From positions 14,638-78,637 of the forward strand of contig MPNQ01000010.1 in the NCBI GenBank assembly GCA_002239105.1: 64,000 nt of DNA, given 5' to 3'. This document shows positions 40,257-48,841 of this stretch, piece after piece. The notes beneath the pieces were generated by a model. It had not been told where the DNA came from, ran no database searches, and worked only from the letters and a program-made list of their open reading frames with translations. Numbering within the stretch: the first letter of the stretch is position 1; each line of letters begins with the position of its first letter. The DNA is from a marine group bacterium Sva0996 bin134. Its GTDB lineage: Bacteria > Actinomycetota > Acidimicrobiia > Acidimicrobiales > Bin134. Position numbers and translations under genes: made by a program.

Positions 40257-41338
40257 ACCTCGCGGACGATACGACCACCGGTAACCCGGAATCGGGCGCT
40301 GTAGTCGATATCGGGGGGGAGCGCTCCGGCAGTGGTCAGCAAGGTCTGCTCGGATTGCAACGCACTCAACACGCCCCGCGACCTGTTGGGATCCAACTCT
40401 GAGAAGACATCGTCCAACAGCAGCAGCGGAGATTGCCCGGTAGCCTCCTCCAACTCCCGGTGCACGGCCAGTCGAAGGGCCAGAGCCAGCGACCGCTGCT
40501 CGCCCTGGGAGGCGTGGGTACGCGCCGGCCTCCCATCTAGAACGACTGATAAATCGTCTCGATGAGGGCCCACCGTGGTCACGCCCCGGCGCAGATCTTC
40601 ACGACGGAGGTGGCTCAGCGCCTCACTCAACCCGCCGGGAGACCAGGTTGACTCATAGCTCAGGTCCACCGGTGTCGCCTCAATGGCAATGGACTCGTAT
40701 GCCGTCTCCGCTCGGGCATGGAGATTCGCCACCAGGTCTCTCCGAGCGCCGGCCAACCGCTCCCCTACATCGGCGAACTTGTCATCCCAGACATCCAAGG
40801 TCACGGCCACATCCGAGCTGAGTTGGCCTCCCGATTGTCGCAGCAGGGCATTCCGCTGGCGCAAGATGTTCTCCATGTCCGACCTGACGACATCGAGACG
40901 GGGGTCGATCTGACCCAGTGCGTCGTCTAGGAAGCGGCGTCTCTCGCCCGGTCCACCCTTGAGCAGCACCAAATCATCCGGCATAAAGACCGAGACCGGC
41001 ACCAACCCCAGCAATTCCCGGCGGCGCACTCGTTGTCGGTTTACCTGGAACTGAGAGCGACCGGTTGACCTCAACGCGGCCTCAAAGAGGATCTCGCGTT
41101 GTTCGGAAACCATCTCTCCCCGCACCACTGCCTCCGATGCTCCCGTTCCACTTCGGATCAGCGAATCAACGGTGTTGACGCGAAACGACGTCATTGTGGC
41201 CAGATAGAAGACCGCCTCCAACAGATTGGTCTTGCCCTCTCCGTTGGAACCCACAAACAAGCTTGTGCCCGCGGGCAGCTCTAGATCTAGATGAGGATAG
41301 TTGCGAAAGTCTGCTAGCCAGAGATGTTGAAGACGCAC
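40253..41338 (-). CDS. recF: DNA replication and repair protein RecF
   Basis: FVGSNGEGKTNLLEA Walker A, ASQGEQRSLALALRLA signature motif, and LLLLDDVFSELD Walker B. Confidence 0.92.
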   Translation of the reverse strand: MRLQHLWLADFRNYPHLDLELPAGTSLFVGSNGEGKTNLLEAVFYLATMTSFRVNTVDSLIRSGTGASEAVVRGEMVSEQREILFEAALRSTGRSQFQVNRQRVRRRELLGLVPVSVFMPDDLVLLKGGPGERRRFLDDALGQIDPRLDVVRSDMENILRQRNALLRQSGGQLSSDVAVTLDVWDDKFADVGERLAGARRDLVANLHARAETAYESIAIEATPVDLSYESTWSPGGLSEALSHLRREDLRRGVTTVGPHRDDLSVVLDGRPARTHASQGEQRSLALALRLAVHRELEEATGQSPLLLLDDVFSELDPNRSRGVLSALQSEQTLLTTAGALPPDIDYSARFRVTGGRIVREV

Positions 41339-41365
41339 ACTATGCCCAATTGAGGCGCACAGGGC

Positions 41366-42460
41366 TCAATTGATGCGAACGGGCATCAACAAATAAAGAA
41401 ATTCCCCAGATTCTGGCGTGCGGATCACCGCAGGCTTGAGGGCATCCACTGTGTTCAGGACGATTTCATCTCCTGGTGCCGCTTCTGCTCCGTCCAGCAA
41501 ATACTCGGGGTTGAAGGCAACAGTTAGGTCCTCGCCCTCAAATACCGCATCCAATTGTTCTCTGGCTTCTCCGACATCTTGGGTCGTGGCCGACAACTCA
41601 AGGCCAGCAGCCGACATATCCATCCGGATAGGTGTTGAATCCTGAGCCATGAGACGAACCCGACGCACCGCGTTGATGAATCCCTCTCGACCAATGGTCA
41701 GCCGGTTGGGCTGGTGTGCGGGGATCAACCCTTCGTAACTCGGGAATTCCCCCTCGATCAACCGGGTGGTGACGGTTACCTTCCCCAATTGGAAGGAGGC
41801 CTCCCGCTCACTAAAACGCACGCTCACTTCCTCAATATCGCCCAGTAGTCGAATTACCTCTTGAAGTGCCCGGGATGGAACCAACACACTTTGGTCGGAT
41901 CCCAGCACTTCCAGCCCGGGGAGGTCACACAACGCCAGCCGGTAAGAATCCGTTGTGACCAAACGAAGGCCTTCTTGTTCAGCAGAGAGCAGGACACCGG
42001 TCAACACCGGGCGGGACTCATCGGCCGATGCGGCCTTCACCACTTGCCGCAGTGCGGTCAGCAACCCATCGGCCTCAAGTACCACTGGATCCCCATCGAG
42101 GGCGGCCACCTGTGGGAAATCCTCAGTCCCCATGGTTTGCAGCGAAAACTTGGAACGCGCGGAGTCGATGTGTATGCCCTCGCCGTCAACCGTCACGTTG
42201 ACTGCACCGGCATCTAGGGACCGAACGACGTCGTTGGCCAACCGTGCCGTTACGACTGCTTCGCCATCCCCATCTCCGGCCACCGTCAGGCCCATGGTTA
42301 TCGTCAATTCGCGATCGGTAGCCGTAAGGGTCAGCTCGTCGCCTTCCAGTGACATGTGGACACCGGCCAGCACAAGCTGAAACCCACCTCGAGTACCCGC
42401 TGCCCTGCCCGTCACCGACAGCGCTTCTAGAAGGGCGTCTCGCTCGCATCGGAATTTCAC
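41366..42460 (-). CDS. dnaN: DNA polymerase III beta sliding clamp
   Basis: 364 aa. MKFRCERDALLEAL..., three-domain clamp length, position between dnaA and recF. Confidence 0.92.
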   Translation of the reverse strand: MKFRCERDALLEALSVTGRAAGTRGGFQLVLAGVHMSLEGDELTLTATDRELTITMGLTVAGDGDGEAVVTARLANDVVRSLDAGAVNVTVDGEGIHIDSARSKFSLQTMGTEDFPQVAALDGDPVVLEADGLLTALRQVVKAASADESRPVLTGVLLSAEQEGLRLVTTDSYRLALCDLPGLEVLGSDQSVLVPSRALQEVIRLLGDIEEVSVRFSEREASFQLGKVTVTTRLIEGEFPSYEGLIPAHQPNRLTIGREGFINAVRRVRLMAQDSTPIRMDMSAAGLELSATTQDVGEAREQLDAVFEGEDLTVAFNPEYLLDGAEAAPGDEIVLNTVDALKPAVIRTPESGEFLYLLMPVRIN

Positions 42461-42701
42461 AGGGCTACTCGCTTTCTTACCTGTACTTATTAATAAATAC
42501 TGCTGTTAGCAGTAGGTCGGTGGATATGTGGAAAGGTAGCATTTCCCCTGGTTGGGGCTGCATCAATTGTTCCTTCCTTGTCCCCAAGCAAGTGGATTGT
42601 ATGCGCTGTTTACTGCGGGGCTGTGGACGAGGGCCGAGTCGTCCCCAGTGAGAGGAGGGCTTTCCCCAAGTTCCCCTCTTGTTGATCCCCAGTTAGATGG
42701 G
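42461..42701. other. candidate oriC (dnaA-dnaN spacer) with DnaA-box-like 9-mers and an AT-rich unwinding element
   Basis: AT-rich CTTATTAATAAATAC at 42486-42500. TGTGGACGA (42622-42630) and TTGTCCCCA (42578-42586) each match TTGTCCACA at 8/9. Weaker boxes lie at 42519-42527, 42527-42535 and 42591-42599. Confidence 0.55.
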
Positions 42702-44081
42702 TCAGGCATTCTTGATCCTCTGGATCAGCTCGGTGATCTGGTTGAAAGTTTCCGGCTGCTCGGCCATTTGCTTGGTCATTTTCTGCACTGCATGAATTGC
42801 CGTGGTGTGGTCTCGGCCGCCGAAGACCCGAGCAATATCGGGGTAACTAAGTTCTGTTAGCTCGCGGAATACGTACATTGACACCTGGCGGGCCTTCACC
42901 AATGGGCGTTGCCGTCGCGGCCCGACGATCTCGTCGATGCTGAAGGCGAACAATTCTGCCGTTGCTTGGAGAATTACATCGGCTGTAACCGGCTGTGGCT
43001 CGCGGCGGGCGGTGATATCCCGCAAAATGAGCTGGGCAAGGTCCAAATCGAGGGGCTTGTCGTTAAAGCTCGAGTAGGCCGTAACTCGAGTCAGCGCCCC
43101 TTCCAGCTCACGGATGTTGTCCTTGATGTTGCTTGCTATGAATGTCAGGACGTCGTCTTTGATGATGAAGTTGGACTGCTCGGCCTTTTTTCTCAGGATG
43201 GCCAATCGAGTTTCGAGATCGGGAGGTTGGATGTCTGTCAGCAGTCCCATCTTGAACCGGCTCGTCATACGATCTTCAAGCGTAGGTATAGCATCAGGTG
43301 AACGATCGCTGGTTAGGACAATTTGCTTGTTTACTTCATGAAGCGAATTAAAGGTGTGGAAGAACTCTTCTTGTAGTCCCTCTTTACCCTCTAAGAACTG
43401 AATATCATCGACGAGGAGTACATCAATCTCTCTGTAGTTTCTCTTGAATTCACTGCGGGTATTTGTACGGATGGCATCTACGAATTGGTTGAGGAAAGTT
43501 TCCGTTGACACATAAACGATTCGCTTGATTGGATGCCGCTGATCATCTACATAGTGACTTTTGACATAGTGTCCAATGGCTTGAAGGAGGTGGGTCTTTC
43601 CTAGACCAGCATGGCCATGGATAAAGAGGGGATTGTAGGATTTGCCTGGCGTCTCTGCTACCGAGAGCGCGGCAGCCAGCGCGAATCGATTGGATGGTCC
43701 GGTAACAAATTTGTCAAAGACATAGTTCGGGTGCAGGGCATTAGCTGGTTTGCTGATAGGGGTGGGACTGGGAAGCTCTGGAAGGGCAACCGGTGGAGCA
43801 GCGACGTTTACACGGGTGTCTTCGCCGTTTGTACTTTGTTCCGTCGATATCTTTAGTGTGATGTGAGTAGCGTTTGACTTGGCGAGGGCATTCCTCAATA
43901 CTTCGAAATACTCGCCCTCCAAGCGGTCTTTTATTATGGTATTTGGAACAGTGAGTTCGAGGACGTCTTCCTCCAAAGAAGTTGCTTTGGCTGGATTGAA
44001 AGTCGATTGCCATACCGCGTCGGGAACCTGAGCCCGTATGTTGTTGGCGCACGAAGACCAGAGAAGTGTTGCTGACACCAT
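42702..44081 (-). CDS. dnaA: chromosomal replication initiator protein DnaA
   Basis: ATG at 44081 (MVSATLLWSSC...) is preferred to 44123. GHAGLGKTHLLQAIG Walker A, LLVDDIQF, and the C-terminal DNA-binding GGRDHTTAIHA. Confidence 0.95.
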   Translation of the reverse strand: MVSATLLWSSCANNIRAQVPDAVWQSTFNPAKATSLEEDVLELTVPNTIIKDRLEGEYFEVLRNALAKSNATHITLKISTEQSTNGEDTRVNVAAPPVALPELPSPTPISKPANALHPNYVFDKFVTGPSNRFALAAALSVAETPGKSYNPLFIHGHAGLGKTHLLQAIGHYVKSHYVDDQRHPIKRIVYVSTETFLNQFVDAIRTNTRSEFKRNYREIDVLLVDDIQFLEGKEGLQEEFFHTFNSLHEVNKQIVLTSDRSPDAIPTLEDRMTSRFKMGLLTDIQPPDLETRLAILRKKAEQSNFIIKDDVLTFIASNIKDNIRELEGALTRVTAYSSFNDKPLDLDLAQLILRDITARREPQPVTADVILQATAELFAFSIDEIVGPRRQRPLVKARQVSMYVFRELTELSYPDIARVFGGRDHTTAIHAVQKMTKQMAEQPETFNQITELIQRIKNA

Positions 44082-44113
44082 TTTGTTGGCAACTCCAAGA
44101 ATATTGACGAATG

Positions 44114-44144
44114 GTATCCACAAATGTGTATAAGTTGTGGATAA
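44114..44144. promoter_or_regulatory. inverted pair of DnaA boxes upstream of dnaA
   Basis: GTATCCACA (44114-44122) and TGTGGATAA (44136-44144, the reverse complement of a perfect TTATCCACA) are separated by 13 nt. They lie 33-63 nt upstream of the dnaA ATG. Confidence 0.6.
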
Positions 44145-44441
44145 CTCGCGACTTTTTTGCTTCCACCACCCAAGTCGGCACCGCCTCGACTGGAATCATG
44201 GACTCTAGCACCTCTGGCAAATCCATGCACGGGCGCATAGTAGGTTTTCGCTGGTCACAGGCTTATGTTGATGATGTTGCCAGTGTCGTTCAGGTGGTTG
44301 CTGTGGGCGTATGACCGGCGGTGGTGATCAATTGGTTGTCGCGGTGCAGGGATAAGCCGTAGCCTAGGGGGGACGCCGGGAGACGGGAGGCGCTTGTAGG
44401 GCGGCCCCCATGACGATGCCACCCCGGCCTTGGAGGAACTT

Positions 44442-44576
44442 GTGAAGCGCACATATCAGCCGAATGTGCAACGCCGGGCCCGGCGCCACGGATTTCGGCA
44501 CCGAATGACGACAAGAGGTGGTCGGGCGATTATCAACGCTCGCCGACGCCGCGGCCGCAAAAAGCTGTCAGCCTGA
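44442..44576 (+). CDS. rpmH: 50S ribosomal protein L34
   Basis: GTG start with GGAGG ending 5 nt upstream. Translation is [44 protein letters not shown]. Too short to appear in the ORF track. Confidence 0.92.
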   Translation: MKRTYQPNVQRRARRHGFRHRMTTRGGRAIINARRRRGRKKLSA

Positions 44577-44917
44577 TTGAGCGGCTCCGAGGACGTTCGG
44601 CGTTCGCTCGGCTGAGTGCCGATGGTGTTCGCACTGGTGATGAACTGCTGTGGGTTCGGTACTTGCCCGACCCCTCCCTTGGAGCGGCCCAGGTGGCTTA
44701 TGCACTGCCCCGACAGATGGGAACTGCGGTAATGCGCAACAAGATCCGACGTCGTTTGCGGGAGATTGTGAAGGATCTTGATCGAGAGGCTCCTGCTGGC
44801 TTGCCCGCAGGCCTATACCTCATTGGTGCTCAGCGCGGTTCTCTGCGTTTTTCCCACGCTGACCTGCGGGTTTCGCTGGAGGCGTGTTTGTCCAAGCTTG
44901 GTCGGACTGCATCATGA
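44576..44917 (+). CDS. rnpA: ribonuclease P protein component; the 5' limit is uncertain because no canonical start precedes the conserved N-terminus
   Basis: Frame is open from 44414. ...[28 protein letters not shown]... followed by [13 protein letters not shown] is RnpA-like. The first ATG/GTG/TTG in frame is TTG 44663, which would delete the conserved N-terminal strand. Confidence 0.75.
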   Translation: MERLRGRSAFARLSADGVRTGDELLWVRYLPDPSLGAAQVAYALPRQMGTAVMRNKIRRRLREIVKDLDREAPAGLPAGLYLIGAQRGSLRFSHADLRVSLEACLSKLGRTAS

Positions 44918-45222
44918 GGCCCAGGGATCGCCGCGATAACAGCTTGGAGATGAGTATGGTCGCTCGGGCTGTGAAAGGCCTGATCACGTTGTATCAGCGG
45001 GCCACCGACCATCGTCCCAGCCCCTGCCGGTACGTGCCGAGCTGTTCCTATTACGCGGTTGAAGCAGTAGAAGTCCATGGTGCGACCAGGGGTGTATGGC
45101 TGGGCCTGCGTCGCCTGTTGAGGTGTCGTCCCGGGGCTCCGACGGGCTGGGATCCGGTGCCCGATGCCAGTGGCCGCCTCGCACCCGACCCCACTGCAAG
45201 CAGGGCGGTGACCAGTGTTTGA
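44914..45222 (+). CDS. yidD: membrane protein insertion efficiency factor YidD
   Basis: ATG at 44914 overlaps the rnpA stop (ATGA). [34 protein letters not shown] is the YidD signature. Confidence 0.8.
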   Translation: MRPRDRRDNSLEMSMVARAVKGLITLYQRATDHRPSPCRYVPSCSYYAVEAVEVHGATRGVWLGLRRLLRCRPGAPTGWDPVPDASGRLAPDPTASRAVTSV

Positions 45223-46438
45223 CTCGATTTTCGACGGGTTGTTCGACGGCCTTGCTTGGCTGCTGGCGGTTTACTACACGCTGGGACACAGCTACGGAAT
45301 CGCCATCATGTTGTTCACCCTCACGGTAATGCTGGTTCTGACTCCGCTTACCTTCTACACCACCCGTTCCATGCTTCGGATGACGGCCCTTCAGCCCGAG
45401 ATCAAGAAACTTCAGGCGCGGCACCAGGGCGACCGCCAGCGGATGAACGAAGAGATGATGCGCCTGTATCAGGCCAACAACGTGAATCCGCTGGGGAGTT
45501 GCCTACCCATGCTGGCTCAGCTCCCAGTATTTTTCGTGCTTTTTCGCCTTATTCGTGGACTTACACGACGCGTCAGCGATTTAGGAACGCACGTGGGTTG
45601 GCGGCTGCCGTTCGGAGAGAACGCGGTACCCAGTCCTGACTTTCCCGAGCGGACATTCAACCCGGAGTATTTGGCATCAGATTCCGAATTGCGAGCCGCT
45701 CTCGAAGGCTCCACGGAGATGAACTTCTTGAGCACGGACCTCTCGTCCAGTCTCACCGATGCATTTCGGGACTCTTTCTCCACCGCGTTGCCTTTCTTGC
45801 TGCTGATCGTCTTGATCGGTGTGACCAGCTACATCCAGCAGCGCCAGATTGCTGGGCGCCGCGACCCCGATGCTCCGGTGAACCCCCAACAGCAGATGAT
45901 TATGAAGCTGATGCCCTGGTTCTTGCCGATCATCTCGATCGGCTTTCCCGCCGGGCTGAACCTGTACTTCGTGAGTTCCAACATCGTGCGTGTCGGTCAG
46001 CAAGCGGTGATCACCCGCCGCATCTACAACCCTCACAAACAACGCCAGGCCTTGCTCGAGAGCACCAGCGATGATGATGACGATGAAGAGCCAGCAGAGC
46101 CTGTGAAGCCAGCCCCCCAACCGGTCAGTCGCTCCCGGGCGCCGGTGCAGGACCACGGAACGCGGCGGCCCACATCCAGAACGCCACCGAAGCGGCGGAC
46201 GGACAGCCGCCGTACGCAGGTGAAGCCTACTGAACAGCGGACTCCACCCCGGGCGGCCAAGGAGGTCGAAGCCAAGGAGACCAAAGCGAAAGACGCAAAG
46301 TCGTCCGGAGCCAAGGCCGGAAGCAGCAAGTCATCAAAATCAACGCCGGAACAACGCCAGACGAGCCGGACCACCCAAAGGGGTCACCAATCACATCCCA
46401 CTGATCGTCGGCGCCAGCGGAAGAAGAGGAGAAGGTAA
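45215..46438 (+). CDS. yidC: membrane protein insertase YidC with long basic C-terminal tail
   Basis: GTG start. [43 protein letters not shown], and [10 protein letters not shown]. About 140 aa of K/R/S/T-rich tail. Confidence 0.9.
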   Translation: MFDSIFDGLFDGLAWLLAVYYTLGHSYGIAIMLFTLTVMLVLTPLTFYTTRSMLRMTALQPEIKKLQARHQGDRQRMNEEMMRLYQANNVNPLGSCLPMLAQLPVFFVLFRLIRGLTRRVSDLGTHVGWRLPFGENAVPSPDFPERTFNPEYLASDSELRAALEGSTEMNFLSTDLSSSLTDAFRDSFSTALPFLLLIVLIGVTSYIQQRQIAGRRDPDAPVNPQQQMIMKLMPWFLPIISIGFPAGLNLYFVSSNIVRVGQQAVITRRIYNPHKQRQALLESTSDDDDDEEPAEPVKPAPQPVSRSRAPVQDHGTRRPTSRTPPKRRTDSRRTQVKPTEQRTPPRAAKEVEAKETKAKDAKSSGAKAGSSKSSKSTPEQRQTSRTTQRGHQSHPTDRRRQRKKRRR

Positions 46439-46440
46439 CC

Positions 46441-47367
46441 ATGGAGTGGCTTGAAGTCACAGGTAAGACCATTGCCCAAGCCGAGGAAGCAGCTCTCGAC
46501 CGGTTGGGAGTAGACCGCAGCGAAGCCGAGTTCTCCGTTGTGGATGAGCCCAAATCCGCCCTGATGGGTCTTCGGCGAACGGAGGCTCGAATCCGGGCTC
46601 GAGTACGCCCAGTGCTACCGCGAGAGAAGCGGAACCGCCGCCCTTCCAACAACAGGGATCGGAATCGGAACCGCAAGCCTGAACGGGGTAACTTGAAGGA
46701 AGGCAGAAATCGAGGCGGCCGGGGCGGCCAAAACAAGAATCGGAGTTCAGGAGCTTCGAGCGGCGAGCGGCCCCCACGGGAGCAGCAGCAAAAGAAATCT
46801 CAGAATGCCGGCAAGACCAATAAGGGAGCTGGCAAGAATCGTCCATCAAATGCCCCTGAGGGCAATCAAGCAAGGAAGAGCAAACCCATGGAAGACCCGA
46901 TGAGCCTGCAAGAGCAGAGCACCCTAGTAGTTGAGTTTCTGGACGGGCTGTTGGATGCCTTCGAGTTGGAAGCCGAGGTGTACGCCGAGAGCGTCGACGA
47001 CGAGACCATGGAAATGAGAGTGGAGAACACCGACGGAGTGGGTCTGCTCATCGGACCCAAGGGCACCACATTGCGGGCGGTAGAGGACTTGTCCCGAATG
47101 CTGGTGCAGCGCAAGTCGGATGGGAACTGCGAGGGCCGTATCCGAGTTGACATCGGTGGCTACCGCGAACGCCGTCGGGCGGCCCTGGAGGTATTTTGCG
47201 AGAAGATTGCCGTGGAGGTGCGAGACACCGGTGCTGAGCGTCCTCTCGAGCCCATGAACGCAGCCGACCGCAAGGTTGTCCATGACGTTGTGGCCGACCT
47301 CGACGGCGTCGGCACCGTCTCGGAAGGCCAGGAGCCTCGTCGATGGGTTGTGATCATCCCTGAGTGA
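46441..47367 (+). CDS. jag: Jag/KhpB-type RNA-binding protein (Jag_N, KH, R3H) with a basic disordered insert
   Basis: MEWLEVTGKTIAQAEEAALDRLGV is the Jag_N domain. The C-terminal part carries ...LIGPKGTTLRAVEDL... (KH) and PMNAADRKVVHD (R3H). Confidence 0.85.
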   Translation: MEWLEVTGKTIAQAEEAALDRLGVDRSEAEFSVVDEPKSALMGLRRTEARIRARVRPVLPREKRNRRPSNNRDRNRNRKPERGNLKEGRNRGGRGGQNKNRSSGASSGERPPREQQQKKSQNAGKTNKGAGKNRPSNAPEGNQARKSKPMEDPMSLQEQSTLVVEFLDGLLDAFELEAEVYAESVDDETMEMRVENTDGVGLLIGPKGTTLRAVEDLSRMLVQRKSDGNCEGRIRVDIGGYRERRRAALEVFCEKIAVEVRDTGAERPLEPMNAADRKVVHDVVADLDGVGTVSEGQEPRRWVVIIPE

Positions 47368-47370
47368 TCT

Positions 47371-47970
47371 GTGCCTTTGAACCACGCCATTCGGGCCCAG
47401 TTGAAGGAAGTTCTTGGCCAGGCTCAAGAGCGAGGGTGGATCGGTGGGCGGCCCATCGATCAGCACATTGACCATGCACTGGGGTTTGCCGAAGTCGCCT
47501 CAGCGGTTCCGTCGGTGGCGGTTGACCTGGGTAGCGGCGGCGGTCTGCCGGCATTCGTTCTGGCTGCGGCCTGGTCCCGCTCGCAGTGGACGCTCGTGGA
47601 GTCCTCTCTGCCCAAGGCCGCCTTCCTAGAGTTACACCGTGCCAATCTTGGGTGGTCAGACCGGGTGGCCGTATTCCATGGCCATGCCCAGAGTCTTGGA
47701 CAAAACGAGGACTTCCGTGGCCGAGCAGACCTAGTAACCGCCCGCAGCCTTGGTCCGTTTTCCCTCGTCATCGCGACGGCCGCTCCCCTGCTCCGCTTGG
47801 GCGGCGAACTCATAGTCAGTGCCTCCCCCGACGCCACCCCCTGGCCGTTTGAATCCCTTGCCTCCCTAGGCATGTCTCCCGACCGCCTCACCCAGACAGC
47901 TCCCAAGTTCCACCGAACAACCCAGCTAGCGCCCGCTCCTGGTTCTCCTCCGGTGGATGGCCAACAGTGA
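47371..47970 (+). CDS. rsmG: 16S rRNA (guanine527-N7)-methyltransferase RsmG (GidB)
   Basis: GTG start. VDLGSGGGLPAFVLA SAM motif, LVTARSL. Conserved position before parA. Confidence 0.85.
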   Translation: MPLNHAIRAQLKEVLGQAQERGWIGGRPIDQHIDHALGFAEVASAVPSVAVDLGSGGGLPAFVLAAAWSRSQWTLVESSLPKAAFLELHRANLGWSDRVAVFHGHAQSLGQNEDFRGRADLVTARSLGPFSLVIATAAPLLRLGGELIVSASPDATPWPFESLASLGMSPDRLTQTAPKFHRTTQLAPAPGSPPVDGQQ

Positions 47971-47986
47971 TGTTTCACATGAAACA
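47971..47986. promoter_or_regulatory. parS centromere-like site
   Basis: TGTTTCACATGAAACA matches the TGTTTCACGTGAAACA consensus at 15/16. It begins directly after the rsmG stop, 49 nt upstream of parA. Confidence 0.75.
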
Positions 47987-48034
47987 TAGGGGGTATCCTT
48001 GATCCTTGGTTGAGGGTAAGGGAGAATTGACCAG

Positions 48035-48841
48035 GTGCCAGATCTCGAAACAATGCAATCTCGATCATGTCGCGTGATTGCGGTTGCCAATCAAAAGGGC
48101 GGGGTTGGAAAAACCACGACGACCGTCAATCTCTCTGCCTGCCTTGCCGACATCGGCCAACGTGTGTTGGTGGTTGACTTGGACCCTCAGGCCAACGCCA
48201 CAACGGGACTGGGAATTGATCCGTATGCCGGGGGCGTGTCCACTTACGACGTTCTGCTGCAAAACGGGACCATGAGAGACAGCATCGTTCCTACCCAAAT
48301 TGACAACCTCTGGGTATCGCCGTCCACATTGGACCTCGCCGGCGCAGAAATCGAGTTGGTACCGGCCTTCAGCCGAGAGCGCAGGCTCGACTCCGCCCTG
48401 GCCACGGTGAGAGGCGATTTTGATTTTGTCTTTGTGGACTGTCCTCCATCGCTTGGCTTGCTCACCGTGAATGCGTTGGCCGCGGCCCGGGAAGTCATGG
48501 TCCCCATCCAATGCGAGTACTACGCACTGGAGGGCCTCGGCCAGTTGATGAGAAACATCGACCTGGTTCGCAACAGCCTCAACAGCGACCTGGAGATCTC
48601 CCTGATCGTTCTTGTGATGTTCGACGGACGTACCAAGCTCTCCGCCCAGGTGGCCTCGGAGATCCGTAGTTACTTTGGGGACAAGGTATGTCATCAGATG
48701 ATCCCCCGGAATATTCGGTTGGCCGAGGCACCGTCGTACGGAGCTCCTGTCACCATCACCCATCCGAAGTCGCGGGGAGCGTTGGCCTACCGCGAACTAG
48801 CCAAGGAGGTTGCTGATGGCACGCTCGCCCGGGTTGGGTAG
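48035..48841 (+). CDS. parA: chromosome partitioning ATPase ParA/Soj
   Basis: VIAVANQKGGVGKTTTTVNLSA deviant Walker A, and VLVVDLDPQANAT. Confidence 0.92.
   Translation: MPDLETMQSRSCRVIAVANQKGGVGKTTTTVNLSACLADIGQRVLVVDLDPQANATTGLGIDPYAGGVSTYDVLLQNGTMRDSIVPTQIDNLWVSPSTLDLAGAEIELVPAFSRERRLDSALATVRGDFDFVFVDCPPSLGLLTVNALAAAREVMVPIQCEYYALEGLGQLMRNIDLVRNSLNSDLEISLIVLVMFDGRTKLSAQVASEIRSYFGDKVCHQMIPRNIRLAEAPSYGAPVTITHPKSRGALAYRELAKEVADGTLARVG

Noticed and set aside
44663-44917. TTG 44663 as the true rnpA start
   Set aside because: It would remove about 29 upstream in-frame residues that show the conserved RnpA N-terminal pattern. A non-canonical start at the rpmH stop is more consistent (see finding).
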